Notes: generated by a model from the letters alone, not told the origin. 64,000 nucleotides of DNA from an uncultured delta proteobacterium (GCA_963733195.1 CAVTCR010000050.1:128001-192000); one strand, 5' to 3'; shown: positions 1-10,650, counted from the stretch's first letter. Program-made: numbers and translations.

Positions 1-560
1 GTGGCCAGATTCTTGAGGAGTATGTCACCCGTCGTCGTCATCGACGAGACAAACCAGGCCGCGCGTTAGAAAACGCCTACTACACTTTCGATATTGTCGG
101 CAACCTCGGTTTGTATCGCGATCTGCAACGCCATCGTATTTTGACGCAAGAACGCCAAGATTTCACTGTCGTGCACGGATATGACACCCCGGTCGAAATC
201 GAAGCAGCGGGCTTTGGCACGACATTCTCTCGCTGCATGGAGAAAGCTGCTCGTTTGCATGAGCAAGTTGTGCGCGATTTTCCATTTGAAGCACAATATG
301 TCGTACCATTTGCCTACCGCGTACGCTGGTATATGAAAATGAACCTTCGCGAGGCGGTACATATCTGTGAGTTACGCTCGATGCCGCAGGGGCACCCAGA
401 TTACCGATTCATTGTCCAGGAGATGTGGCGACAGATTACTGCCGTTCACCCTACGCTCGCCCACTGTGCTCAGTTCATCGACTGGAACACATACCGACTC
501 GGACGGCTCCAGTCGGAGATGCGGACAGAATATAAGAAATCCACAGCTGATAACCAGTAA
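1..560 (+). CDS. thyX: FAD-dependent thymidylate synthase ThyX-like protein, C-terminal part (5' end outside the window)
   Basis: The frame is open from the window start: GQILEEYVTRRRHRRDKPGRALENAYYTFDIVGNLGLYRDLQRHR...MNLREAVHICELRS..QGH. It has the RDLQRHR and NLR/ELR motifs of ThyX and lies next to dcd. Confidence 0.8.
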   Translation, partial: GQILEEYVTRRRHRRDKPGRALENAYYTFDIVGNLGLYRDLQRHRILTQERQDFTVVHGYDTPVEIEAAGFGTTFSRCMEKAARLHEQVVRDFPFEAQYVVPFAYRVRWYMKMNLREAVHICELRSMPQGHPDYRFIVQEMWRQITAVHPTLAHCAQFIDWNTYRLGRLQSEMRTEYKKSTADNQ

Positions 561-625
561 TCGAAGGGCCCTACTTCTTTCACCTTTGTCATCAATCTGC
601 CGATAGCTAAAAGCTGGAGGCTCGT

Positions 626-1135
626 ATGATTCTGACCCGTGATGTAATCCGGCATGAAATCGAAAGTGGACGACTCGTCATCGATCCACTGTCGTTCGAT
701 CAAATCGGCCCAGCATCCATAGATCTACACTTGGGGGACGAAATCCGCATCATGGAGGGCGGACCGGACGTGATCGATATGACCGAAGATGCAGATTATC
801 GACTCGTGACGAAAGTACGAAGACTCAATCGCCCCTATCTCCTCAAACCTGGGGAAACTATTCACGGTATTACAAGGGAACGTATTCACCTACCGGATAA
901 TATTTGCGGATGGTTAGAAGGACGCAGTCGCTTTGCCCGGCTTGGGTTGATGATCCATGTCACTTCTGGGTTTGTCGCCCCCGGAGTCAACAACAAGCAG
1001 GTATTAGAAATGGCCAACGTCGCTGGCCGCCCACTCGCGATTCATGGTGGAACACGAATTTGTCAACTCATCTTACAACGAACCGAGGGAAAGGCCATCT
1101 ACCAGGGACGGTTCGCACAACAGGAACGATTGTAA
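626..1135 (+). CDS. dcd: dCTP deaminase
   Basis: QIGPASIDLHL, GRSRFARLGL, GFVAPG and ICQL motifs; GGAGG RBS upstream. Confidence 0.9.
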   Translation: MILTRDVIRHEIESGRLVIDPLSFDQIGPASIDLHLGDEIRIMEGGPDVIDMTEDADYRLVTKVRRLNRPYLLKPGETIHGITRERIHLPDNICGWLEGRSRFARLGLMIHVTSGFVAPGVNNKQVLEMANVAGRPLAIHGGTRICQLILQRTEGKAIYQGRFAQQERL

Positions 1136-1267
1136 AGACAGTCACACAAAGCTACCGCGGAGGCTACCTTCCTGATGCCAACTAGATTTCTCAATGTTCT
1201 TCGTGATGAAATACAGCACGTGAGTTATCTGTTGCCCCCCTTCTCCGTTTTCCGTATCTAGCTAATC

Positions 1268-1296
1268 TTATACAGAGAACTGATGCGGGATATAAT
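1268..1296 (+). promoter_or_regulatory. Candidate sigma70 promoter for ispH
   Basis: TTATAC-N17-TATAAT: perfect -10, weak -35, about 55 bp upstream of the ATG. Confidence 0.3.
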
Positions 1297-1349
1297 GATT
1301 AGAGCGCCCGAAAAATACCGATTCACTATCACTAGAGGATACTGCACCT

Positions 1350-3098
1350 ATGAAGATTCTTGTCGCTGATACTGCGGGGTTTTGTTGGGGAGTTCGTCGA
1401 GCGCTCGACCAAGCTGTTGACCTGGCAAAAAAGTTTGACGGTCCGATCCAGACATTTGGCCCACTGATCCACAATGCTCAGGTCATGGAAGAATTAACCG
1501 AGCAAAATATTCACTCAGTCGAGAACCTGACCGAGATTCAGGGTGGGACGGTATTAGTACGAGCGCACGGTATTCGCCCAGAAACCTTTGCCCAGCTCCG
1601 CGCCTCGGGTGCAGATGTCTATGATGCGACCTGCCCGTTGGTACGCAAGGTACAAAAAATCATTACCAAGTATGCCGATGACGGCTATGATGTAGTCATT
1701 GTCGGCGATGACCATCATGCCGAAGTTACCGGGCTCCGCGGTTATACCAAAGGGCAATGTTTCGTTGTCGCAGATGAGAAAGAAGCAGAAACACTGCCAA
1801 CCTTCGACAAAGTGTGTGTCGTATCGCAAACCACGCAGAATGATGACACCTTTGCTCGTACCGTCGATGTCATCAAGCAAAAAGCTCGAATCATTCGTGC
1901 GACCAATACCGTCTGTGAGCCGACCCGTGATCATCAACGTGAAACTATTGATTTAGCTCGACAGGTAGATTTGATGATCGTCGTTGGCGGCCGTCATAGT
2001 GCTAATACCTGCAGACTCGCCGACCTTGCGGCCAAGGAAGGTGCACGCGTCCTTCACATTGAAACTGATAGTGAGCTCAATAAAAATCATCTTGCACAGT
2101 GTCAAACAGTGGGTGTGACCGCAGGAGCTTCTACGCCCGAGTGGATGATTAACCGCGTTGTCGAGAAGCTTGACGCGTGTAACCCGGAGACGACAAGTCG
2201 ATTAAACACGCGACTAAAGCAGGTCATGGGTGTACTCGTCGCGAGCAACGTTTACGTTGGTCTGGGCGCAGCGACGTTAACCCTTACTGCCAGCCTGTTG
2301 TTGCAGCCTACAGTGGGACGGGATTCGTTGTGGCCATTGATGGGAGCGGCGGGATTCTTCATTCTTGCCATGCACACCGTCAATCGTTATCAAGAGCGTT
2401 CACACTACAGTGGGTGGGGTTCTTTCTCACCACGTGCATTTCAGCGGTTTCAACAGATCATGCTATGGGTCGGTGTGATAGCCTTAGCATTCTCTCTTGG
2501 CCTTGCGTTCTCGCTCGGCTCGGATCAATGCCTCGCACTTTCCGCATTTGGCGTACTGGGAGCCGTGTATGGAGTAAAACTCGTGCCCATTTCCTGGGCT
2601 CGGCACATCATGGGTATTCGGCGTATTAAAGATTTGCCGGCATCAAGAGACTTAGCGACTGCTCTTGGGTGGACCGTTGCGGCGGCCATTGTTCCGCTCC
2701 TGACGCTTGGTGCTTCATCGCCCTTGCGTGCTGTCAGCGTGATCGGGTTTGTTTTCTTGTTTGTCTTCCTGCGCTCAGCATTAATCGGCGTACGCGACGT
2801 GCAGGGTGACAAAATTATGGGTATGGAGACACTGTTTAAGGTCGTCGGAAAACGGCGGACGAAGACGGTGTTAATTGGTGCAGTAGCTACGTTAACCGCA
2901 CTCCTTCTTGGGTTGACGTTTCCGTGGCATGGGCTCCCGCTCGCCGCGTTTGTCTTTACTGTCGTCCCTTACACCTGTGCTGTATGTTGGTCATATCACC
3001 AGCGGCTCCTCCCCAAGGGGGCAGCCGGAGAGATTTTAGTTGACGGACAGTTCCTCGTTGCTGGAGCAATGGCTTATCTGTGGCACTTGAATCGCTAG
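1350..3098 (+). CDS. ispH: IspH (HMBPP reductase) fused to a C-terminal UbiA-like multi-TM prenyltransferase domain
   Basis: The N-terminal ~280 aa carry GFCWGVRRA, LIHN, DATCPLV, SQTT, NTVCEPT, SAN and GASTP. The C-terminal ~290 aa are hydrophobic with the UbiA-type RDVQGDK motif. Confidence 0.9.
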   Translation: MKILVADTAGFCWGVRRALDQAVDLAKKFDGPIQTFGPLIHNAQVMEELTEQNIHSVENLTEIQGGTVLVRAHGIRPETFAQLRASGADVYDATCPLVRKVQKIITKYADDGYDVVIVGDDHHAEVTGLRGYTKGQCFVVADEKEAETLPTFDKVCVVSQTTQNDDTFARTVDVIKQKARIIRATNTVCEPTRDHQRETIDLARQVDLMIVVGGRHSANTCRLADLAAKEGARVLHIETDSELNKNHLAQCQTVGVTAGASTPEWMINRVVEKLDACNPETTSRLNTRLKQVMGVLVASNVYVGLGAATLTLTASLLLQPTVGRDSLWPLMGAAGFFILAMHTVNRYQERSHYSGWGSFSPRAFQRFQQIMLWVGVIALAFSLGLAFSLGSDQCLALSAFGVLGAVYGVKLVPISWARHIMGIRRIKDLPASRDLATALGWTVAAAIVPLLTLGASSPLRAVSVIGFVFLFVFLRSALIGVRDVQGDKIMGMETLFKVVGKRRTKTVLIGAVATLTALLLGLTFPWHGLPLAAFVFTVVPYTCAVCWSYHQRLLPKGAAGEILVDGQFLVAGAMAYLWHLNR

Positions 3099-3739
3099 CC
3101 AGCGGTGGGAGTCTTTGCATCGGCATTGTGAACAGGCTGACCTCGAAACCATGCACGAATCGAGGCAATTGCTCGCTTAAAAAGATAGAAAAATTTCGGA
3201 ATTAACCAAATCGCTGCAACTGTAAAAGCGACAACAAAGATCAGCATCACCAGTGGATAGTTAAAGATCGTCCAGATCCCAGCAAAAACAGCGACATCTT
3301 CCCCAACGCTCGCTGCCCAGTTGGTAAACGGCTCGGGGCTCGCGTTAATCGCTAATCGCGCGGTCGCTTTGGTTCCGTGCGCAGCGAGCGCCACGCCGCC
3401 TCCAGCCATCGTTGCCACTAACTGTAAGGCAGGGTTAACTTCTCCCCCCACCGCACCATATGCTAGTGCCGCACCGGCGGGAATCCGAAAGAACGTGTGC
3501 ACCGCGTCCCAACCACTATCTACGTACGGTACTTTATCGGCAAAGAATTCAATAATGTACATGAAGCAGGCAAAGCCAATGACAAGGGGATTCATCAACA
3601 CTTCAAGACCAGGAGGAAGATGAATGAGTTCATATCGGCCCGCCAGTCCGAGGGCAGCAACAGTCGCGTAGAGATTGATGCCAGAGGTCCACGCAGTTCC
3701 CATTGCTAAACTGAGGGTTTCAATAACTCCCATCGTCAT
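3095..3739 (-). CDS. DUF4126-family membrane protein
   Basis: SGINLYA, EFFADKVPYVDSGWD and SPEPFTNWAASVGED motifs. Confidence 0.8.
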   Translation of the reverse strand: MTMGVIETLSLAMGTAWTSGINLYATVAALGLAGRYELIHLPPGLEVLMNPLVIGFACFMYIIEFFADKVPYVDSGWDAVHTFFRIPAGAALAYGAVGGEVNPALQLVATMAGGGVALAAHGTKATARLAINASPEPFTNWAASVGEDVAVFAGIWTIFNYPLVMLIFVVAFTVAAIWLIPKFFYLFKRAIASIRAWFRGQPVHNADAKTPTAG

Positions 3740-3786
3740 TCCTCCTGAGGTTTCTCGTCAATCACGCTCAGCTTGATGAGCTTTTC

Positions 3787-4167
3787 CTACCGAGCATATC
3801 CGTAATAATCGTTCCCGTAATAGTGCGGGCGGTACTGTCTGCCGTTCCCATACGATCGCCGAGGCCACTTGCATCCGTCGCCACGAGAATATCTATTACC
3901 ATACTGTCGTTGTCCACCATACCATCGGTTTCCGGAATGGTCGTCATTATAGGAATATCGGTCGTAATGGTCTTGATAGTTGCGCCTAAGGGAATGCTGC
4001 AACCGAAGGTGTTCACTGTTGGTGTACGGAGAATGGTGAAACTCCTGCTGAACCTCTCTCCGATTGTCGTAATAGTCTTTATCATAAGCAGAAGCAGCGG
4101 AAGGAAGCGCGAGGACTCCAATGAGGGAGAGCGCTGCGAGGAACGATTGAGTGATTTTGGCCTGCAT
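3787..4167 (-). CDS. Secreted low-complexity Tyr/Arg/Gly/Asp-rich hypothetical protein
   Basis: Signal peptide ending ASA-Y, AAGGAG RBS, then a Y/R/G/D/N-rich body. Confidence 0.65.
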   Translation of the reverse strand: MQAKITQSFLAALSLIGVLALPSAASAYDKDYYDNRREVQQEFHHSPYTNSEHLRLQHSLRRNYQDHYDRYSYNDDHSGNRWYGGQRQYGNRYSRGDGCKWPRRSYGNGRQYRPHYYGNDYYGYAR

Positions 4168-4321
4168 AACAACTCCTTTCCGACTGTGTCACCGGCCTGA
4201 TACTTCTGATGATAACAACACCGTTTATAGCGAGAGGTCGCAGTCTGATACGCGGCGTTGTTGACCAAGGATGCGGCTCTCGGCTACAAGCACCAGCATA
4301 CGTCGTTCAGGAGGAACCGCT

Positions 4322-4792
4322 ATGCCGCTTCGTCACACCGTTCGTGTCGCTTTATCCTCGACAGTCTTTGCATTGTGGGGGTTTGTTTTTCTTCCAAATC
4401 AGAGTTTGGCTCAAGAAGTCCAACGCTTTGTGAGCCCGAAACAAGCAAAAGTCTTCACCGACCCACAGAGCAAAAGCCAGATCAAAGTATTGATCAATGA
4501 ACAGCTCGGAGGAACTAAAGATGTAACAATCGCCGAATTGGTAATTCCTCCTGGAGTCGATGTTCCTGACCACATCCACCAATCAACCGAAATCTTCTAT
4601 ATTCTTTCTGGGGAACTAGAGCAGACCAGTGATGGTAAGGTACAAAAGCTCACTGCCGGGATGGCCTGTCTTGTCCCAGCCAACTCAACCACGCACCATA
4701 AAGTCACGTCAAAGGAACCAGTTCGTGCGCTCGTCATCTGGGCACCGGGCGGAGAAGAAAAGCGAATCACTGAGCGGTGGGAAACAAAATGA
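4322..4792 (+). CDS. Secreted cupin-domain protein
   Basis: Signal peptide (SLA-Q); cupin motifs HIHQSTEIFYILSG and PANSTTHH; ATG at 4322 after GGAGGA. Confidence 0.8.
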   Translation: MPLRHTVRVALSSTVFALWGFVFLPNQSLAQEVQRFVSPKQAKVFTDPQSKSQIKVLINEQLGGTKDVTIAELVIPPGVDVPDHIHQSTEIFYILSGELEQTSDGKVQKLTAGMACLVPANSTTHHKVTSKEPVRALVIWAPGGEEKRITERWETK

Positions 4793-4805
4793 GGTCTGTT
4801 AATTT

Positions 4806-4834
4806 GTAGAGATGCCCCGGCGGGGCGTCTCTAC
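4806..4834. repeat. GTAG-type REP-like palindrome between convergent genes
   Basis: GTAGAGATGCCCCG-G-CGGGGCGTCTCTAC. Confidence 0.7.
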
Positions 4835-4851
4835 GTAATCCCGATTCCCAG

Positions 4852-6308
4852 TTAAGAGAGCCTCTCTTCCCCTTTTTTCCGGATCAGTTCCCCTAATACT
4901 GTTTCTGCTGCCGCCTCTCCGCTTCGCACGCAATCGGCAATTCCGACTCCGCGGTAGGCATTCCCAGCTATAGCTAACCCCGGATGCTTGGCAACTGACG
5001 ACTCAATTGCATCAACCAATCTGAGATGGCCAACGAGGTATTGCGGCATAGATCTCGGGTACCGAGCAATCCGCGTAAATAGTGGTGTTGTCGAGATCCC
5101 AAGAAGCTGGTCAAGCTCTTCTCTCACCATATGTACTATCTCATGGTCATCTCGATCAAACAGCTCTGCTTGTAATGCTCCACCAACAAAAGCTCGCAGC
5201 AGCACGTGGCCCTCGGGTGCTCGACCCGCATACTTCACACTGGAAAACGTCCCGGCAATAATCTTGCGGTTCTCGCGATGCGGAACTACAAAACCAAACC
5301 CGTTCATCGGATGTGGTACCTGGTCACGACGAAAGGCAAGGTTCACGGTCGCCGCTGAGCTGTAGGAAATCGAACCAAGCCGCTCAGCAAGCGGCATGTC
5401 CAGTTCCCTCACCAATTGGGCGGTGTGAAAAGCCGGGGTTGCTAGGATGACAGCATCAGCCTCAAGTGTCTCACCGCCCTGACAAGTAACTAACCATCGT
5501 TCGTTATCTCGCCTCACGGTCTCAACTGCATTTCTGCGCCGAAGTGTTCCAAGCGTAAGGCTACCTACCAAAGTCTCAACCATCCTCTGCATTCCCTTAC
5601 GTAAGCGTGACAAACAAGCTCCAGCGTGCGCCCACTTGCACCTTCTGCTTCTTGTGGCTTCTTTCGACTCGCTTGCCACATGGCATAGATCACGCTGCGA
5701 TGCTCGCGTTCCATTTGTAAGAACCGCGGCATTGTCGCCGCTAGACTTAATCGTTCAGGATCAGCCGTGTAGATGCCACCAATAAGTGGCTGTGCGACAC
5801 GCTCAAGCACTTCGAGACCAAACCGCCGTCGCACAAACGACCCTAAACTTTCGTCTTCACACTCGGCTGTACGTGGTAAGACGAGATCAAGCGCCATACG
5901 CAATTTTCCTGGCCAAGAAAACAATCGTGAACGCGCAAGCGAGGTAACCCGCGTCGGCGCCATCAACATAAAACCTTCGGGAAGTGGAACAAGCTTCCCT
6001 TTGTGCACGACAAAGGTCGCACGATGAGCGTCCTGTGTACCGATCAGTTCAGATTCCAGCCCCATCCGACGACAAAGCGCCAGTGCCCACGGCTTTTCTG
6101 AAATAAACGAGTCCGGTCCAAGTTCAAGTAAAAACCCGTCACGTTTCTCTGTCGCCAAGGTACCGCCGAGACGATTGCTCGCTTCCAGAAGGGTGAACTG
6201 AAGCGGAAATTCACGTTCACGACTGATCTCCTGAAGACGATGAGCTGCAGCTAAGCCAGCAATACCACCACCGACAATCACAACATGTGGAATTCCCGGA
6301 GATGCCAT
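4852..6308 (-). CDS. hemG: HemY/HemG-type FAD-dependent (co)protoporphyrinogen oxidase, frameshifted around 5550-5650
   Basis: VGGGIAGL, LELGPDSF, GIYTADPE, GFGFVVP, MPQYLVGH and YRGVGIADC, split over ORFs 5565-6308 and 4852-5679. Confidence 0.85.
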
Positions 6309-6311
6309 CCC

Positions 6312-7231
6312 CTACCCGATCGCTGCTCTTACCATCTCAGCCAGCATCCGAATGAAGGTTGGGTGATCGTCCACCGTTCCTGCACGAATGAAATTGAGCC
6401 CATGATTTGCCGCAATCTGCTTTGCTTCAGTGTCAAGATCGTACAACACTTCGATATGATCACAGACAAACCCTATAGGCACCACGACAACATTTCGTGT
6501 TCCGTCGGACACGAGCTTCGGTAAAACTGCACCGATGTCGGGTTCTAGCCACGGGGTGCGTGGATCACCGCTCCGACTTTGATAGGCGATCGACCAGCGG
6601 TTGTGCCTCAGCTGTTCAGTAACCAAGCGGGCGCCCTCTTCTATCTGCTGCACGTATCGTGGGGTTCCCGGCATCACCATCGGAACACTATGCGCCGTAA
6701 ACACGAGCGGAGTATTTGCACGGCGCTCAGCAGCCACTTGATTCAACGCGCGTTGGGTTAACTCCGCCACCGCTGCAATAAACAAAGGGTGATTATACCA
6801 GCCGGGAGCATAGTCGATCACTGGAGCATGATCACCAACCTGAACGCGAGCAGTTGCGACATTCTCTTGATAGCGCTCCCATCCGGCTTCACTCTGTTGC
6901 GCGGACAAATCACACCAAGCGCATGTTTTATTCCATCAGTCGCCATTCTCTCCAACGTCTCGTCCAGATACGGATGCCAGTTGCGCATGCCGACATACAC
7001 CGGAAGGCGCGGCCCTTCTCGTGCCAGCAGAGCTTCGAGCGCTTTGGCCTGGCGAAAGGTGATTTCGTTTAGTGGTGATCGGCCACCAAATAACTCGTAG
7101 TGATGGACAACTTCTTCGAGCCGTTGTGGTGGTACCAATCGTCCTCTGAGGACGTTCGCCAGAAACGGACGGACATCCTCCATCTTCTCGGGACCACCAA
7201 AAGCAATGAGGAGAACTGCATCGTAGGACAT
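6312..7231 (-). CDS. hemH: Ferrochelatase, frameshifted near 6905
   Basis: AFGGPE, GGRSPL, GMRNWHPY, FTAHSVP, YQSRSG..PWLEP and GFVCDHIEVLYDLD, split over two ORFs. Confidence 0.88.
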
Positions 7232-7236
7232 AAATC

Positions 7237-7313
7237 AATTAAAAATTGAGAATGAAGAATGAGAGGAAAATCTTCTTTAAGAATTTTTCATTTTTCATTC
7301 TTAATTCTTAATT
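7237..7313. repeat. Inverted heptamer-repeat hairpin overlapping the hemE stop
   Basis: AATTAAA-AATTGAG-AATGAAG-AATGAGA ... TTTCATT-TTTCATT-CTTAATT-CTTAATT. Confidence 0.7.
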
Positions 7314-8337
7314 CGCCACTGATCTCGTGCACCATTTCCACCAGTGCGATCACATTCTCAACTGGGGTCTGTGGCAATATCCCGTGTCCGAGGTTAAAGA
7401 TGTGTCCAGGTCGCCCATGCGTCATGTCGAGAATACGCTTCACCTGTTTGCGTATCTCATCAAGTGACGCAAAGAGCGTCACCGGATCAAGATTCCCCTG
7501 CACCGCTCGATCATAGCCTATACGTCGCCAAGCAATATCAAGGTCAATACGCCAATCGACTCCGAGAACCGTCCCCCCGGCTTCAGTCATCAGCTCAAGC
7601 AGCCCCGAGGTGCCAGTTCCAAAGTGAATCACCGGCGTTCCAGGAGTAATACCAGCGAACAGCGCCTTCATGTGAGGAAGAATAAATGTGCGGTAATCAG
7701 ACGGAGAAAGACAACCTATCCATGAATCAAACAACTGCACGGCTTGGGCACCAGCAACAATCTGAGCATTCACATAGGCGGTAATAATCTTCACCAACCG
7801 TTCCATCAACGCTCGCCACGCCCCAGGATCGTTGTACATCAATCGCTTAGTTTCGATATAGTTTTTGGAACCGCCACCCTCGATTAGGTATGACGCAACA
7901 GTGAACGGCGCACCAGAGAAACCAATCAACGGAATGTTCGTCGGTAAGCCAGCCCGCGCTTTTCGCACCGCTTCGAACACAAAGGGTACCGTCTCGCGTG
8001 GATCATCCTCGCAGAGATTATCCACATCAGCTCCCGAACGAACCGGGCGATGGATCACCGGGCCATCGCCTTGTGGGAACTCCAAGCCTACACCCATCGG
8101 CTCAACAATCAGCAGGATGTCAGCAAAGATAATCGCGGCATCGACACCAAGTCGTTCCACCGCTTCAACCGTTACCTGCGCCGCCAGGTCTGGAGTCTTA
8201 CATAGAGTGAGAAACGGTACACGCTCACGCAACGCACGGTACTCGGCCATATAGCGCCCGGCTTGACGCATCAACCACACTGGAGTGTAGGGTGTTGGTT
8301 CACGACGACATGCTTGCAGAAAAATTGAATTTTGCAT
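7288..8337 (-). CDS. hemE: Uroporphyrinogen decarboxylase
   Basis: PVWLMRQAGRY, DAAIIFADIL, GFSGAPFT, QLFDSW, QGNLDP and FNLGHG; likely start MQNSIF at 8337. Confidence 0.95.
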   Translation of the reverse strand: MQNSIFLQACRREPTPYTPVWLMRQAGRYMAEYRALRERVPFLTLCKTPDLAAQVTVEAVERLGVDAAIIFADILLIVEPMGVGLEFPQGDGPVIHRPVRSGADVDNLCEDDPRETVPFVFEAVRKARAGLPTNIPLIGFSGAPFTVASYLIEGGGSKNYIETKRLMYNDPGAWRALMERLVKIITAYVNAQIVAGAQAVQLFDSWIGCLSPSDYRTFILPHMKALFAGITPGTPVIHFGTGTSGLLELMTEAGGTVLGVDWRIDLDIAWRRIGYDRAVQGNLDPVTLFASLDEIRKQVKRILDMTHGRPGHIFNLGHGILPQTPVENVIALVEMVHEISGELRIKNEK

Positions 8338-8413
8338 CGACAGGAATCGTAGCACAGCGCCTACCGTGCTGTTAGGGCTAGCGTTATGAAAAATTGGCCC
8401 TATCGTTCCGAGA

Positions 8414-8875
8414 TTACTCCTTCTTTGACGCTCGCAGGAAGTGCAAAAAAGCGCGGCAGGAAATGATACGGATATTTTGATATTCACCTAGCGCGAGTAG
8501 ATCAGACTTATCACCAGTCACCACATACTGTGCTTTGCCGTCAACTGCCGCGGCAAGAAACTTATCGTCATCTGGATCGGGAGATGCTTGGACCCGTGTC
8601 TTCTCTTGAACGAGTTCCGCCTGTGCGTACAAGATGACTCCAATGTCGAAAAGGGCATCTTGCAATCCGTATTTCTGTAGACGAGGACGACTGAGCACGT
8701 CAAGAATTTCTTCGTTAATTGAGGGAGAAGAAATCAACGTAAACTTTCTGCGACGAAGAGCTTGCAAAATTTGCCCCGGTGGCCCTGAAGGACTTATGAT
8801 TCCACTGACAAAAACGTTGGTATCTACTACGACTCGCAACAGCTGAGGCTGTTGCTTCCGATCTCGGCTATTCAC
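8414..8875 (-). CDS. PIN-domain toxin (PIN_3-like)
   Basis: RVVVDTNVFVSG...DPDDDKFLAAA...VTGD; probable GTG start at 8875, just after the antitoxin stop. Confidence 0.85.
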   Translation of the reverse strand: MNSRDRKQQPQLLRVVVDTNVFVSGIISPSGPPGQILQALRRRKFTLISSPSINEEILDVLSRPRLQKYGLQDALFDIGVILYAQAELVQEKTRVQASPDPDDDKFLAAAVDGKAQYVVTGDKSDLLALGEYQNIRIISCRAFLHFLRASKKE

Positions 8876-8876
8876 T

Positions 8877-9137
8877 TCATCGTCTTTTGGCACGTCTGAC
8901 CTCACGAACCGCCGCTTCAACGTCCTTGTCTACCGTGTCCACGGGAATTTTTCTGTTCTTCCGCCAGACGTGCTCCACTGCGTTCCACGGATTATACCGC
9001 TTCAAGGCTTTTCTTCCTAAGAGGGCTTCCAAACATAACTGGTTCAGAGACCTCCCAGTGCGAAATGCTTCTTCCGCGAGATCACGGTGGAGTTCGGCGG
9101 GCAGCCTCAGGAGTACTCGGCCTGAAAATTGTCTCAT
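8877..9137 (-). CDS. HicB-like ribbon-helix-helix antitoxin
   Basis: FSGRVLLRLPAELHRDLAEEA..GRSLNQL; directly upstream of the PIN gene. Confidence 0.8.
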   Translation of the reverse strand: MRQFSGRVLLRLPAELHRDLAEEAFRTGRSLNQLCLEALLGRKALKRYNPWNAVEHVWRKNRKIPVDTVDKDVEAAVREVRRAKRR

Positions 9138-9346
9138 GATTACCTCCGCTACTATGATACTATGCTATCTCTTGAAAACAATGGTAAGCGACAATACGCG
9201 TATTAAAAGCCTGGCTCTCTACTTCTCTATGACGGTAAATCGTCGTACTCGGTAATGAGGTATGCTATACGCAGAGGCTATGGGGAATTGCCTTTTGGCT
9301 CTTCTTGCTTTAGCTGACAACTAATAGCTCAATGAAGGAGACCGCC

Positions 9347-10216
9347 ATGTCCGAACCCTGGACGCATCATGCCAAAGTTGTCAACGGTTTTCGTATGCAC
9401 TATGTCATCGCCGGTTCTGGATACCCGTTGGTGCTTCTCCACGGCTGGCCGCAAAGTTGGTACGAGTGGCGGAAGATCATTCCGTCACTCGCTGAGAAGT
9501 TTACGGTGATTGCCCCGGATTTGCGTGGCCTGGGTGACTCAGAACGTCCACTCACTGGTTATGACAAACGTACCCTCGCCTCGGATGTGTACGAGTTAGT
9601 GAAATCTCTGGGCTTCAGCAAGATCGGGCTTACCGGCCACGATTGGGGCGGTGCCGTGGCCTTCTACTTTGCCTACGATCATCCAGAGATGATCGAACGC
9701 TTGATGATTCTCGATATGGTGCCAGGTCTTGGACGCAAAGGCGGATCGATGGACATCCGCCAAGCGCAACGCTACTGGCATGTGTTCTTTCACGGCGGCA
9801 TGCCCGACTTAGCTGAGAAGCTGGTCAGTGCCAATGTCGAAGCCTATCTCAGCTATTTCTATACCTCGACCGCCTACAACTACAGCCCGAATGTATTCAG
9901 CGCCGAGGATATCGCCGAATATGTACGCGTCTATTCTGCTCCAGGAGCGATCCGCGCCGGGTTTCAATACTATCGCACTGGGATACAAGAAGATCTCGAT
10001 AATCTGAGCAGTTGCACGCAGAAACTGAAAATGCCGGTCCTCACCTGGGGTGGCGAAGCTTTTATGGGTAACATCGTGCCAGTGTGGCAGGCAGTTGCGG
10101 ATAACGTCCAAGGTGGCGAACTCAAACAATGTGGTCATTTCATCGCCGAGGAAAAACCGGAGTTTGCTATTCAACAAGCGCTGGAATTTTTTGGACCACT
10201 AGGCAAAGGAAGATAG
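9347..10216 (+). CDS. Alpha/beta hydrolase (epoxide hydrolase / haloacid dehalogenase-like)
   Basis: LHGWPQ, PDLRGLG, GHDWGG nucleophile motif and GHFIAEE. Confidence 0.85.
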   Translation: MSEPWTHHAKVVNGFRMHYVIAGSGYPLVLLHGWPQSWYEWRKIIPSLAEKFTVIAPDLRGLGDSERPLTGYDKRTLASDVYELVKSLGFSKIGLTGHDWGGAVAFYFAYDHPEMIERLMILDMVPGLGRKGGSMDIRQAQRYWHVFFHGGMPDLAEKLVSANVEAYLSYFYTSTAYNYSPNVFSAEDIAEYVRVYSAPGAIRAGFQYYRTGIQEDLDNLSSCTQKLKMPVLTWGGEAFMGNIVPVWQAVADNVQGGELKQCGHFIAEEKPEFAIQQALEFFGPLGKGR

Positions 10217-10650
10217 TCTTTTGCTAAGACAATAAAGTTTTTCTACAATCGTCAGACACTGCATATAGTAGTTTCCGTAAAAACATGGCACAATCCTTGG
10301 TATGAAGTTCTCCATCGATGCGGCGGAAGATGTGACGTTCGTGCTAGGGCCTATGAATATGTCGGTCCACAGCTGCGAAAATCGCTCGTATGGTAGGGGC
10401 TGGAGGGGTGCATCAGGTGGCGTTGCGGTCGTTACCCATCACGGTGTGGCGTAGTTGTTGGTCAAGAGACTCCCTTCCATCTATATCGACTCGGTGCTTT
10501 CCTCGCAGTGACCTGAGCGTTTCGATCGTTCCTCAGGACAACGATGGGTAGCTGTACGTCTACGAGCACGAAGAGGAAAATTTCGCCCCTTATTGAATTT
10601 TCGCCTTTTATTCGCTTACAATGCGAATACTGAAGTAAGGAGATGTAGCA

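Noticed and set aside
10490-10506. RNase P RNA-like GAGGAAAG on the minus strand
   Set aside because: It is not followed by the conserved UCC and no 3' P4 partner sequence is visible.
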